Below, piece after piece: positions 1 through 11,400 of a DNA stretch of 64,000 nucleotides. How positions within the stretch are numbered: position 1 is the stretch's first letter; each line of letters opens with the position of its first letter. Location: positions 191,394,001-191,458,000 of the forward strand of contig NC_091470.1 in assembly GCF_036971445.1 (NCBI RefSeq). The letters run 5' to 3'. The position numbers and the translations under genes were made by a program. The notes beneath the pieces are model-generated. The model was not told the DNA's origin. It ran no database searches and was given only the letters and a program-made list of their open reading frames with translations. Origin of the DNA: Narcine bancroftii. Taxonomy: Eukaryota.

Positions 1-59
1 TGAGGCCTTGGCTGGAGGGAGAGGGATCCATGCTGGGTGGCTGAACAACTGGGGCTGAA

Positions 60-2260
60 TCCCATCACCATCAGATCTACATTCATACACCATCACTGAA
101 CGGTGAACAGTCACATCACATCACCAAATAGTGTAGAGTCACACCCTGTCATCTAATGGTGAACAGCTACACACCAATCGCTGAACGGTGAACAGTCACA
201 CCCCACTGAATGGTGTACAGTCACACCTCATCACCGACTGGTGAACAGTCACACCCCACAGAATTCTGTACAGTCACACCTCATCACCAACTGGTGAACA
301 GTCACACCCCACCGAATTGTGTACAGTTACACGCCATCATTGAACAGTCACACATCAGACTGTGTGTGGAACCAAAGTATGAGGGCCACATGTACTGAGG
401 ATATGTGCTGAGGATCTACCTGTCCCAGGTTTTACGAAGGATGGGCCTGGCCTCAGTTAGCTGGACTTTGCCTCACCACCTCTCCTTGGTGGAAAAGTTT
501 TTCCAGATCAACATCTTTGACCACAGGCCATCAGGGGCTTGAGGAACTGAGTTACAGAGGAAGATTAAATAGGTTCGGGGTTTATTCCCTGCAGTGTCAG
601 AGATTAAGGGAGATTTGAATGAGGTATACAAAATTGTGAGCAGTATAAAGCAAGCAGATATTTTCCCTTCTGAGGTTCAGTGAGACAAGAAGTAGAGACA
701 TGGATTAACAGTGAAAGGTAAAATGTTTAAAGGGAACTTCACACAGACAGTGGTGGGTGTGTAGAACAAGCTGCCTGCTGAAGTGCTGAATACAGGCTCA
801 ATTTTAACATTTGAGAAGATTGTGAACAGGCACATGGTTGGGAGGGATATGGGGGGGTGGGGCGGTTATGGTCCGGTTACAGGGCAATGGGACTGGGAAG
901 GATAAAATTTCAGCATAGTCCAGATGGGCCAAAGGCCCTGTTTCTGTGCCGTAGTGTTTTATGATTTCATGGAACAGCAGATGGAATTTAGAATAGCATG
1001 AAGTGATTTAAATAGGGAAGTTCAACCAGGGCAAGGCTTGCAAAGTGAATGACAGGGTCTTAGAGAGTGTTGCAGAACGGAGAGTCCTGGGGTGCAGGTT
1101 CTGTTCTCTTGAAGTAACCATGGAACTGAGAGATGAGGACTTGATGGACCTGGTGGGATGGTTCCCTGAGCAGACCATCCAAGTCATCTGGCGGAATGCC
1201 TCATCGGCAGGGCCCACTAACAAGCACCAGGACTTGGTCTGGCTGCCAGTGAGAAGAACCCTCCCAGTGAGGTCCTTTCTGCACAACCGGAACATCAGCC
1301 TCCATATACGTTGACATCTGACGGCTGTGGTAGAGGGAAACTGTCACTCTTTACTGAATGCAGATACACAGAGAGTGTGGAGAGGGATGGAGGGGGTGAC
1401 AGAGGACTTTGTGATCTATGGACTGTTCCTGGCGATGCACACAGAGTCTGACATCAGAACTGCCGGAAGACCATCAACTCAGTGGAAGACGTACTTGTCC
1501 GCCCTAAACCTGTTGGACGTTCAGTACACGGAGATGTCGGTGAGGGAATGCTGTTGACTGGCACATTCCAGGCAGCAGGAGCACGTGCTGAGGGACACCC
1601 AGAGGCTGGTGCAGCCAACGTGAGGGCGCTGGGGGGAAGGTCCAGTCTAGAGTCCTTCCATTACTGGGCACTGAGGGGCTGAAACTGAGGGTGAGTCCCT
1701 CAACCCATAGAGGGGGGAGTATCGACAAGGTGTCACAGTGATGACAACTGGATGTGGAGAGAACAAATGTAACAATGTACATTGAAGGGAATGTAGAGAT
1801 ATGACTGACACTGAACGGTTGACAGTCACAACCTGTCATCAAAAAGTTTTAAGTCACAACCTGTCACCAAATGATGAACAGACACACCTGTCACTGAACG
1901 GTTTATAGTCATAATCCATCACTGAATGGTGAACATTCAAACCCCATCACTGAACAGTTTAGAGTTACATCCCGTCACCGAATGGTGAACAGACACACCC
2001 ATCACCGAACAGATTACACTTACACCCCATCACCAAACAGTCTACAGTCACACCCTGTCACAAAATGGTTTACAGTCACAACCCATCACCGAATGATAAA
2101 TAGTCACACCCTGTCAGTGAATGGTTTACATTTAATCCTGTCATCGAACGGTGAACAGTCACACACCATCACTGAATGGTGTACATTCACATCACATTAC
2201 CAAATGGTTTACAGTCACACACTGTCACCGAGCGGTTTACATTCACATCCCACCACTGAA
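60..2260. repeat. About 28-bp tandem repeat (60-360 and 1810-2260) split by nested Tx1/CR1 insertions
   Basis: Unit approximately TGAACGGTGAACAGTCACACCCCATCAC, repeated many times on both sides of the insertion. Confidence 0.8.
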
Positions 2261-3070
2261 TGAGTAAATAATTTCCAACAGGAGTTTTGTGATCCTTGAC
2301 GATTCAAAACTTCGGGATTTTCGACAAGCATCTGGAATGTGGGACAATGCATTACAACACATTCCGAAAGAGCAATCACAGGTAAAGTGGGCCAATTTTC
2401 CTCCTCTGCTAGTGGAAGTTGCAGGCATGGAAACAGACCATTGAGCCCCACATCCACCTTGATTTGTGAGCACACATCAGTATTAACCCCATGACCCTGC
2501 ACAACCTGTAGCTGTCTGCCCATGGGTGATTCAAGAACATGTCCCACCACTTTCTCCGGCAGTGTATTCTCCCACGCTACGTAAAGAAGGTCCCCCTCAG
2601 ATAGCCCCATAATTCTACCCCGTTTACCCTAAATCTACGTCCTCTGCATTTACCCCTTTCAGAATCAGAATAATAAAATTCCTTGTCATGAAGTTATTGG
2701 AATGTGGTGTATTGCAGCAGTATCATTGTCCAAACCACTTTTATGACAAAAACTTTATAAAAATATTACACGGAAAGTGCTAAGGTGAAAGATTTCAGGC
2801 AGTCCAATCTATCTATACTCCTCGTAAATTTATAATCTCCAATCATGTCCCTTCATAAACTGCTCCCTCCAGGGGGAGCAGGCCCACATCACTGAAACCA
2901 CTCTGTCCTAGTAATACACTGGTGACTCTCCTCTACACCCAGTGCAATCATATCCTTCCTGCAGAGTGGGGTTCGGAACTGCACACAGTGCTCCAGCTGT
3001 GGTTGGGTCCATATATTATAAAGTTGGAGCATAACTCCCTCCTTCCCCATCTAATGCCCGTGAACGGAGG

Positions 3071-3703
3071 TGTAATGGAGAGGCTGTGGCCATCACATGG
3101 TGGCGCTGCTGTGCTCCTATTCAGAGGACACATTGCATGTCAATCAAGGTCGGACCCACCAGGTGCTGGAGTCCAGACAGCCTACCTGGACTCGGCCATG
3201 ACCTTCACCCAATTGGCCCAGGTAAATCACCTCAGCTGACCCCTGCACTTAGCTTCGAGCCATTGACCACAGCAGCCAACAGGGCCCAGCCTGTCCCAAG
3301 TGATTGGCCCCTCAATACCTGCTGCAGGGATATAAAGGACTATGTTCCCTTTTGTACTGTCTCTTTTTGACCCCTCATGGCACAAGAATATCACCTTTCA
3401 CACTGGGTTGGGTTGAGTCCCGAGGTTAGCTAGCTAGAGCCGTGTCCGTATCGGTCAAGGGGTGGGGGCACGTAGTATCGCCTTGATTTTGATTGTTGAT
3501 TGTATGTGTATTTGAGTCATTTCCCCAGTTTCTCTCATTCTCCCTCATTATCCTAAGTGAATATTCACCGCTTGAGTATTGTGTGTGTGTGTGTGTTTAG
3601 GTCTATTTAGCATTTTGACCCTGTTTCCCCATTTGCGTCCCCGAAATACCTCGACTTTGGTCTAGTTCCTTAACCTGTGGGACCCACACGAACCCTTACA
3701 ACA
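3071..3703 (+). mobile_element. Solo LTR inserted in a CR1 fragment
   Basis: TGTAA...TTACAACA flanked by a 5-bp TSD GGAGG (3066-3070, 3704-3708); internal TATAAA about 3331. Confidence 0.75.
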
Positions 3704-4729
3704 GGAGGGCAGTATTCAATGTGTCTTCCAACTAAGTTATCTAACTGCACTGCCTTCTTCAATGATTCATGAACATACATCAAGGTCCCCCTTTCCGTCG
3801 ACACTCCCAAGGATCTTCAAATACAGCAGCTCACGTTTTTCAGATTAAACCCCATCTGCCACTTACTTCCCAGTGACTTAAGATGACCTTCCATTCTGTC
3901 AACAACATCACAGTGATCGACAAACTTTCTAATCATACTTCCCACATCCAAGTCATTCATTTAAGCTACAATCAGCAAAGGTACCATCACAATCCCTGGG
4001 GGACACCTATCATAAAAGCAACCAAATACCATTACACTGCCTCCTCCCTTGATTCCAATGAGCCCTAAGATTTGGAACCACTCTCTCATTTGGGACCTTG
4101 TCAAATGTTTACTAAAATCTATGTAAATCACATCTACTGCCCTAAATCACATCTACTGCCCTGCCCTCATCGATACACTTTCAAATAAATTGGTCAGATG
4201 GAATCTGCCCTTGACAAAGCCATATTGGCTATCTCTGATCAATCCTGCCTTTCCAGGTGACCTCTGAGAAAATGGTCGATGTTTTGAGCCGAAACACTTC
4301 TTTGGGACTCAGATGTTTGTACAGAAATTGTGTTAAAATGACAGGATGGGAGTCGAGGGACAGGAACCCACACAGCAGGCAGAGGTGGAATGTGACAGAC
4401 AGAGGCAGAGGAGAGGGAGAGGGAGGGGGAGGCAAAAAAATCAGTCAGAAAAAGATAAATGACACAGTGGGGAGTGTGTGGCCAGTACTGGGATCTGATC
4501 TGGAGAAGGTGAGTGCGATAGTTGAAACAGAAGGGAGGGAAGAATCCAGTGAGGAGATGGGATAAGAAAAATGAAAGAGGAGGGCAAAGGAGAACAGATG
4601 GGGACGGGGTAGAGGAGGATGGGAAAGGCGACAGAAAAGGGGGGAGGAGAGGAATAGAATGGGGTACAAAATAAGAGGGGTTTGCTACCTGAAACTAGAA
4701 ATGAGTCACAGGGTCACACAGGTCCATTT

Positions 4730-5240
4730 TGCAGATGCCGACCCCGTCTGCACACCACCCTGTCTGAACTGTCCCCGTCTGAATGGACCATGTCCCGAAC
4801 CAACCCCATCCCATCGGAACTCCATCCCGTATGAACCCCGTCTGAAAGGTCCCATTCTGAAATGATCCTGTCTGAATCGTCCCGTACTAAAATGTCCTCG
4901 CCTGAACCCTGACCCCGACAGGGTTCACCCTGTCCCCCTCTGAACTGTCTCCATCTGAACCAACCCTGTCTGAGCTGAACTTGTCTGAACCATCCCTGGC
5001 TGAACCATCTCCAGCAGAGCCATCTCTGTCTGAATTGACCCTGTCTGAACCCTATCCCCATCTGAACCCTGCCTCCATCTGAAATGACCAAATTTCATCT
5101 CAGACCCAATCCAAACCCCAACTAAAGCCTGACCCCGTCTGAACTGTCCCCACCTGAACTGACGCCGTCTGAACTGTCCCCACTGAATTAACCCCGTCTG
5201 AACCCTGACCCAACTGAGTTGTCTCCCTGTTTGAATTGTC
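4730..5240. repeat. 15-20-bp minisatellite downstream of the MHC IIA stop codon
   Basis: Recurrent CCCGTCTGAACTGTC / CTGAAC units. Confidence 0.8.
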
Positions 5241-5352
5241 TCCCCCTCCGTACCTTGTGGTAGGAGGCAATGAGTCTCTGACTGAGGCCCTCTTCCCTTG
5301 ATGGGACACAGGGCGCAGCCTGGGAACCGTCCCCATGCCCCCCTACTCACCC

Positions 5353-5498
5353 CTAGATGCCATGTTGCTGTGCCTGCAGCCGCTGCCTCTCCTTGATCAG
5401 CAAGACGATTCCCACCACGGCACTGATGATCCCCAGAGTGAGTCCCAGAGCACAGATCACAGTTCCAGGGCCGGACCTTTCCTCAGGCACCTCGGGCT
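5353..5498 (-). CDS. MHC-IIA: MHC IIA exon 4 (connecting peptide, TM, cytoplasmic tail)
   Basis: Acceptor ccccAG (5499-5500); [24 protein letters not shown] class II alpha TM with Cys/Gly motif; TAG at 5355-5353; donor GTGAGT at 5350, 2 nt after the stop. Confidence 0.95.
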
Positions 5499-8400
5499 CT
5501 GGGGAGAGATGGAGAGACGGTGAGCATCTCACAGTGCAACACGAGAGGATCACAAAGCTGAGAGCTAGTCCGCCAGCCCATCTGACAGGTGGAAGGATGG
5601 AAAATGTTTCCCCGAGCTGTACCGTGTTACAGATGTTAATGTCATTTCATGGAGTGTAGACAGTTGCAGCCATTGGCTGCTCTGCACCCATTGCAATCGC
5701 TTTGCGGCCACCATACTCACAACATCACACAGCACATGTGTGAGATCCGCAAGGGTGCGTTAGTTGAATCGAGTACTAGCAGGCGCCACGCTGTGAGCTC
5801 TCTCTCCCTGCCCTGTTTATTATCATGTTTGGTTGTGTTCAGTAAAGTCGTTATTTGGTTTACTTCTGCCATTATCTGATACCTCTGTATTTTTAAAATG
5901 AACAGAGATGAAGAAATGGCGGCGCTGCCAGAACTGCTGTAACAGCAGTGCTGCCACTGGTGTGGCCCCGTGGAGAGTGAGGAGCAGACACACAGCACTC
6001 CACAGGGTCCTATTGCATTCCCCTAATGTTGACGGCTCCATACAGGCTTTAAACGGCCTGTTAAAGGAACCAACTTTCTTTTTAAATCCTGCAATTTCAG
6101 AGGTCCTGTGTTCAGCAGCAGCCACGTAGGGCTGCGGACATCGGGGGAGCACCAGGCTGGCACAGGGCACCAGAAACAGGGAGGACACCCCCAATGAGAA
6201 GGAGAAGCAGAGGAGAAGACCCTCAGGACCGTGACTATGGTCGCAGACCAGCAAAGAGCACTGCTGCTGAAGGAGTCACACCAGGCTGCAGGCTGCTGGA
6301 GACTGGCTGATGAGAACCAGGTATCAGCACCAGAATTCGAGAGGGTGCTGAGGGTAACAAGGCTCCCAAAGGGCCCTGGATGCTGAGGGCTTCCTGATTG
6401 TGTTGGAGGTTTGGATCTGGGTCAGTATCTGAACTGAACTGGACTCTGTGTGACTGCAGAAGCTGTGAGAGTGCTGAAGGTGAATCCATGGGCACTCGGT
6501 GACTCTGGCAACTTGCTTTTGCTTCTCTTTCTCTGACTGTAAGGAGCACCAGGAATTGCTAATGTCAGATCTTTGTCTGATTTTTTCAAGATTCAATTGT
6601 CATTGAAATAAAACATTGTTATGTTACATGAAATTGCTTTTGCCTGTATAAGGCAGACAGATTCGCTATTGGCAGAAATTGCCTGGTGCTTCTTACAGTC
6701 AGAGAAAAAAAAAAGAGTTCCCCCCCCCCCCCCCCCAGATTCCCTGAGTGTCCATAGATTTGTCTGCAGCCACACAAGAGTCCAGTCCAAACCCTGGGCA
6801 ATCCGAGCTCCTTTCCAAACTTCTGACACAGTCACAAATCCTTCAGTGTCCTTGGCACCCCCTCGCATCCCAGTTCCAATACCTGGTGCCCCTCCAGCCA
6901 TCCAAACCCCAGTGCGAGTCTCCCGACACCAGTCTCCAGAGGCCCCCAGCCTCCATGGGTTCCTCACCTTGAGTCGCAAGCTGCCCACTGCATACGTGGG
7001 TCTTTTAGCCACAGAGCCCCCTCACTGGTCCACCACCGTGGTCACCGTCCTCTCGGGTCATCTCTCTGTTTCTCCTTCTCAAAGGTCCCCTGTTTTCTGG
7101 TGCCCTGCACCAGTCTGCCACTCCTCTGGAGTCTGGAACCTCTCGTGGCTGCTGCCGATCTGCGGCATTATCATCTTGGGCGCAGACCCTGCAGTCGTGG
7201 GATTTTAACTAACTGCCATTGGCTCCTTTAATGGGCTGCATAAAGTCTGTGGAGCTGATGGGAGTTGACTGGCCTGTTGGACCCCATGGAGTGGAGTATC
7301 CTCATTCCCTGGGAGTCTACACTAGCAGCAGTGCTACCGTTACAGCTGCTCTGTCAGTCCTGCCATTTTTGACTAAAGGCAATTTCATGTAATTTTACAT
7401 TTTTATTAAATGAATATAAATAGTATCTGATCTTCCTCTTTTTTCTTTGTCAACTTGCCAATATCTCTCGGCATTTTGGGTTCCCTGCATTTGTTGAACT
7501 GACCCTTCAGTGAAACATGAACAAGTTGGCCCCAAACTCATTCTATTTCACTTTGTAGTGATGGAGTTCTACCACCAGGAGGAGTCGGAGATGGAGTGTG
7601 TAGCATCTGGGGAATGTTGCATCTTGGGCGTGCTGTTGCAATTTAGTAGATTCAAGGTGGGTGCCTCCAAACGACGTCTGGCCCCTGTATGTTCTGTTCT
7701 TAGTGCTGTTTGTTTAGTTAATAAATTTAGTTGTTCAAAAAGAACCAGTTAAAATTTGCGGTGTTACCTCGCATCGCCCCGAATTTTCTAGCTCAGTAGA
7801 AACACCTTCAAAGACTTTCACTTCCAACACATAAATCTCCCTGCAGTGTTTCCAGTTCATATTTACATGTTCCTTCTAGTGCTAATAAAGTAAACCTTCC
7901 CCAGTTTAGACGTCATAGTTCCAGACTATCTTTACCCCTGTCCCCAAATAATTTGGAACGAACCAGTTTATAGTCTCCATCCCAAAGTACTCACTCAAGT
8001 CCAGATGATTCCCTGAGATTAGGTGTATTATGGCCTTCTCCTTGTTCGATCTCCAGTTAATTTGATTCACTGATGAAGTCTAATCAATGTTGGGTGTGGC
8101 AGCTGATATTCAGAGGAACAAGGAGGCTCAGTGAAAATCTCCCAACACAGCAAGTTCATTATGAGGGCAGCCTGGTTAGTGTAGGGGTCAAAACAACATT
8201 CCTACTGCACCAGCGACAGGGGTTCAAATCCAGCACTGTCTGTAAGGAATTTGTATGTTCTTCCCATGTTTCCAAAGACTGATAGGGATCATTGGTCACA
8301 TGGGTGTATTTGGGCAGTGAGGGCTCGTTTCTGTGCTCTATCTCTAAAATTTAAAAACATTAAAATGATGCTGGACACTCTGATGGAAGGCACTAGGGTT

Positions 8401-11400
8401 GGGGAACCTGGAGACTGAAATCTGCCAGCGAGCACCTTTGTGAGCTTGAAGTGCCGACTTTTCGAGAGATGTCTATCCTGAAGACATTCTTCCTGTCTTC
8501 GAAGGGAGTTCATACTGCTCCTCCTCTGTTATCCCCACTGCTCGAGCTCCTAAAACCTGTGCTCCTTCCTCTTCCCACTAACCTCCCACCACCTTCCCCT
8601 CCCCACCACCACCGCCACCTTCTTATTCAGACATCCCCCTGATTTTCGGCATCCCTGAAACGTCGACTGCCTTTTACTTCTCATGGATCCTGCGTGACCT
8701 GCTGAGTTTCTCCAGCACTCTCGAGTACCGTACTAGACCCCGGCATCTGCAGATTTCTTGTTTACCAACCTTTACTTTCAATTCCCCACCCTGGTTAGAT
8801 CACCCAGTACCAGACAACACAGTGTTTCTATGGTTACACAGTGTTTCATGGGGTCATGCAGGGTTACATGGGGGCACACACCATCTCCCTGCTTGTAGCT
8901 GCAACAGAAGTAGACTCCTTACTCCTGAACTTGGCGAATCTGGGATCATCCAGTTGCCTATCCAACCTGTCCCAGTGCTGAGATCAGACCCCATGCTACT
9001 CTGCTCCGTACTGACCCCAGAAGACGGCGTCTAGCGTCTGCAGACCCTCGTGCTCTACGTGGCAGGAGTACAGGTCTCCTGGACTTGGGACAAAGCTCAG
9101 GTAGGTGAACCTCTGGAAGTGATAATCGGACTTCATATAGTACTCTGTGATGTTGACTCCGTGAGTCACAAGCTCGCCATTCCTCATCCACTTCATGCTG
9201 ACCCGCGGAGGAAAGAATCCATCAGCCAGACAGATCAAGGTGTTGGGCCAACCCCACTCCACGGGCTGTTCAGGGTACACTGCAATCTGAGGGGATTCTG
9301 TGGGCAAACAGAGAGAGCATATATTTGCTGAGGTGATGGGAACACAGCAATGCACAATATAATACATGGGGAGTGGGGATGTAGACGGGAGAAATCTCAC
9401 AGTGTTGTACATAATGTATAAGGTTGTTGAAGGTTACAGTGGGATACGGACGGGACGCAGAGTTTGGCAGAGGAGTGGCAGAAAAGTGTGAAATTCTGCA
9501 CTTTAGAGGGTCAAACAGGATGGGGGAATACATGCTTAATGACAGGTTCTTAACAGTGTGGAGGATCAGGTCCATACATCCCTCAAGGTGGCCATGCACG
9601 TTGATAGGATGTTTAAGAAGGTTTATGGTGTGCTGGCCTTCATGAGTCGGGTTATTGAGTTCAAGAGCCGTGAGATCATGTTGCAGCTCTACAAACTCTG
9701 GTTATACCAGACTTGGAGTATTGTGTTAGTTCTGATCACCTCATGACAGGAAGGATGTGGAAGCCTCAGAGAGGGTGCCGAGATTTACCAGAATGCTGCC
9801 TGGATTGGAGAACATGTCTTATGGAGAAAGGCTGAGTGAGCTAGTGCTTTTCTCCTTGGAGTGAAGAAGGGTGAGAGGCAATTTGACAGAGGTAATGAAA
9901 TTATGAACAGCCAGCATCTATTCCCGGGGTAGCAAGGTGAGTAGAAGAAAGTTTTATTTTAGTCAGAGAATGGTGGGTGCCTGGAATGCATGACTGGAGG
10001 AGATGATGGAGGCTGGAACAATAGGGACATTTAAAATACTTTTAGATTTACAAAGACTGGAGGGTTATGGGTGTTAGAACAGGAAGAGTTAGATTGTTCT
10101 GGAGTAGGTTTTCAAAGGTCAGCACAACATCGTGGGCTGAAAGGCCTTTACTGTGTTGTGACATTCTAAAAGGCCAATGAAAGTTCTGTTCCTATTTCCA
10201 CAGATGCCGTTTGACCATTGGGTGTACCCAACATCCCAGGTTTCACCTCATCAAGGAGCTTTCCCAATGTCTCAGAGTTGGTGCATCTGAAGCGCAGCAA
10301 GGACTGGATCACCTCTCCTTCCCTCTCCACCGGTCCATTCACAAGAATGCGGGTTAATGTCTCCAACTGCAGGACCAATGTCAGTAATCCCACATTGGTC
10401 TCATTGGGCACATCGATTCCGCAGAATCAGGGATGGGGTGTGGCTGGGTAAGGGTGTACAAGAGGGATCTGGGATGATGCTGAGCCACAAAGCAATGGGA
10501 CAGGTGGGTGGGAGGGGTCTGAGAGGGGTATGGGTGGGTGGGGAGGGATCTGGTGAGTAGGGAGGGGTCTGGGAGGGTGTCCTGGTGGGTGGGGAGGAGA
10601 GAAGGTAGGTGGGGAGGGGTCTGGGAGGGTGGGGAAGGATCTGGTGAGTGGTGAGGTGGGTGGGGAGGGGTCTGGGAGGGATCCATGAAGGATCTGGTAG
10701 GAGAGGGATCCGGGTGGGTGGGGAGGGATCTGGTGGGTGAGGGGTCCAGGAGAATTGGAGGGGTACGGATGGGTGGGGAAGGATCTGGTGGGTGGGGAGG
10801 AGTCTGGGAGTATGGGTGGGTTGGGGAAGGCCCAGATAGGTGGGGATGGGGGGACTGGAGGGTGGAGAAGGGGCCGGGTGGTTGGGTTGAGGTGGGGGCC
10901 GGGAGGGTGACAGTGCTGCTTCCCCCCACCCCACCCCCCATTCTCTCACCTTTGGGCTCCGGGCTCCAATTCGACAGGTTCTTGCAAACATTTAAATTAT
11001 TTTGCAGCACGGCGATTTGAGCGGAGATCCCCGCCTCTCCGCCCTGCATGGCGAGGAGCTGGAATTCGGGGATTCTCGCCACCTCCTTCTTTAGCTTGAA
11101 GTCCATGTACAAAATCTCGTCTCCGTCCAGCAACACATCGAACTGTTTGTTGGGGCTGCTGTCCTGGACGAGATACACCAGGAAATCCGCGTGTCGGTCT
11201 GTGGGGAGGGAGAGCAAGGAATGAGAGGGTGGGAGCGGGGAGGGTCGCCGGGGACACCCAGACCCAGGGAGTCGACGCCCGGTGTCGGAGCGGGAGAAGC
11301 CGGCAGAATGAAACACTGATAAACCCGAACACCGGGTACATTCGGGATGCCGAAGGGCTAAGGCAAGCCCCGGTGTAACGGGAATATTCAACGGCGATCA

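Noticed and set aside
60-360. Regular short repeats resembling a CRISPR array
   Set aside because: Eukaryotic tandem repeat without unique spacers; no cas genes.
4270-4700. Acceptor-like ttctagtttcAG at 4689 as MHC IIA exon 5
   Set aside because: The sequence matches the end of a Penelope-like ORF and terminal repeat seen elsewhere in the window, and there is no polyA signal.
6621-7208. 195-aa Pro-rich ORF in intron 3
   Set aside because: Repeat-derived low-complexity sequence without splice or domain support.
10381-11391. 336-aa ORF as a single protein
   Set aside because: Only 10950-11198 is coding (MHC alpha-1); the Pro-rich remainder is read-through of an intronic minisatellite.
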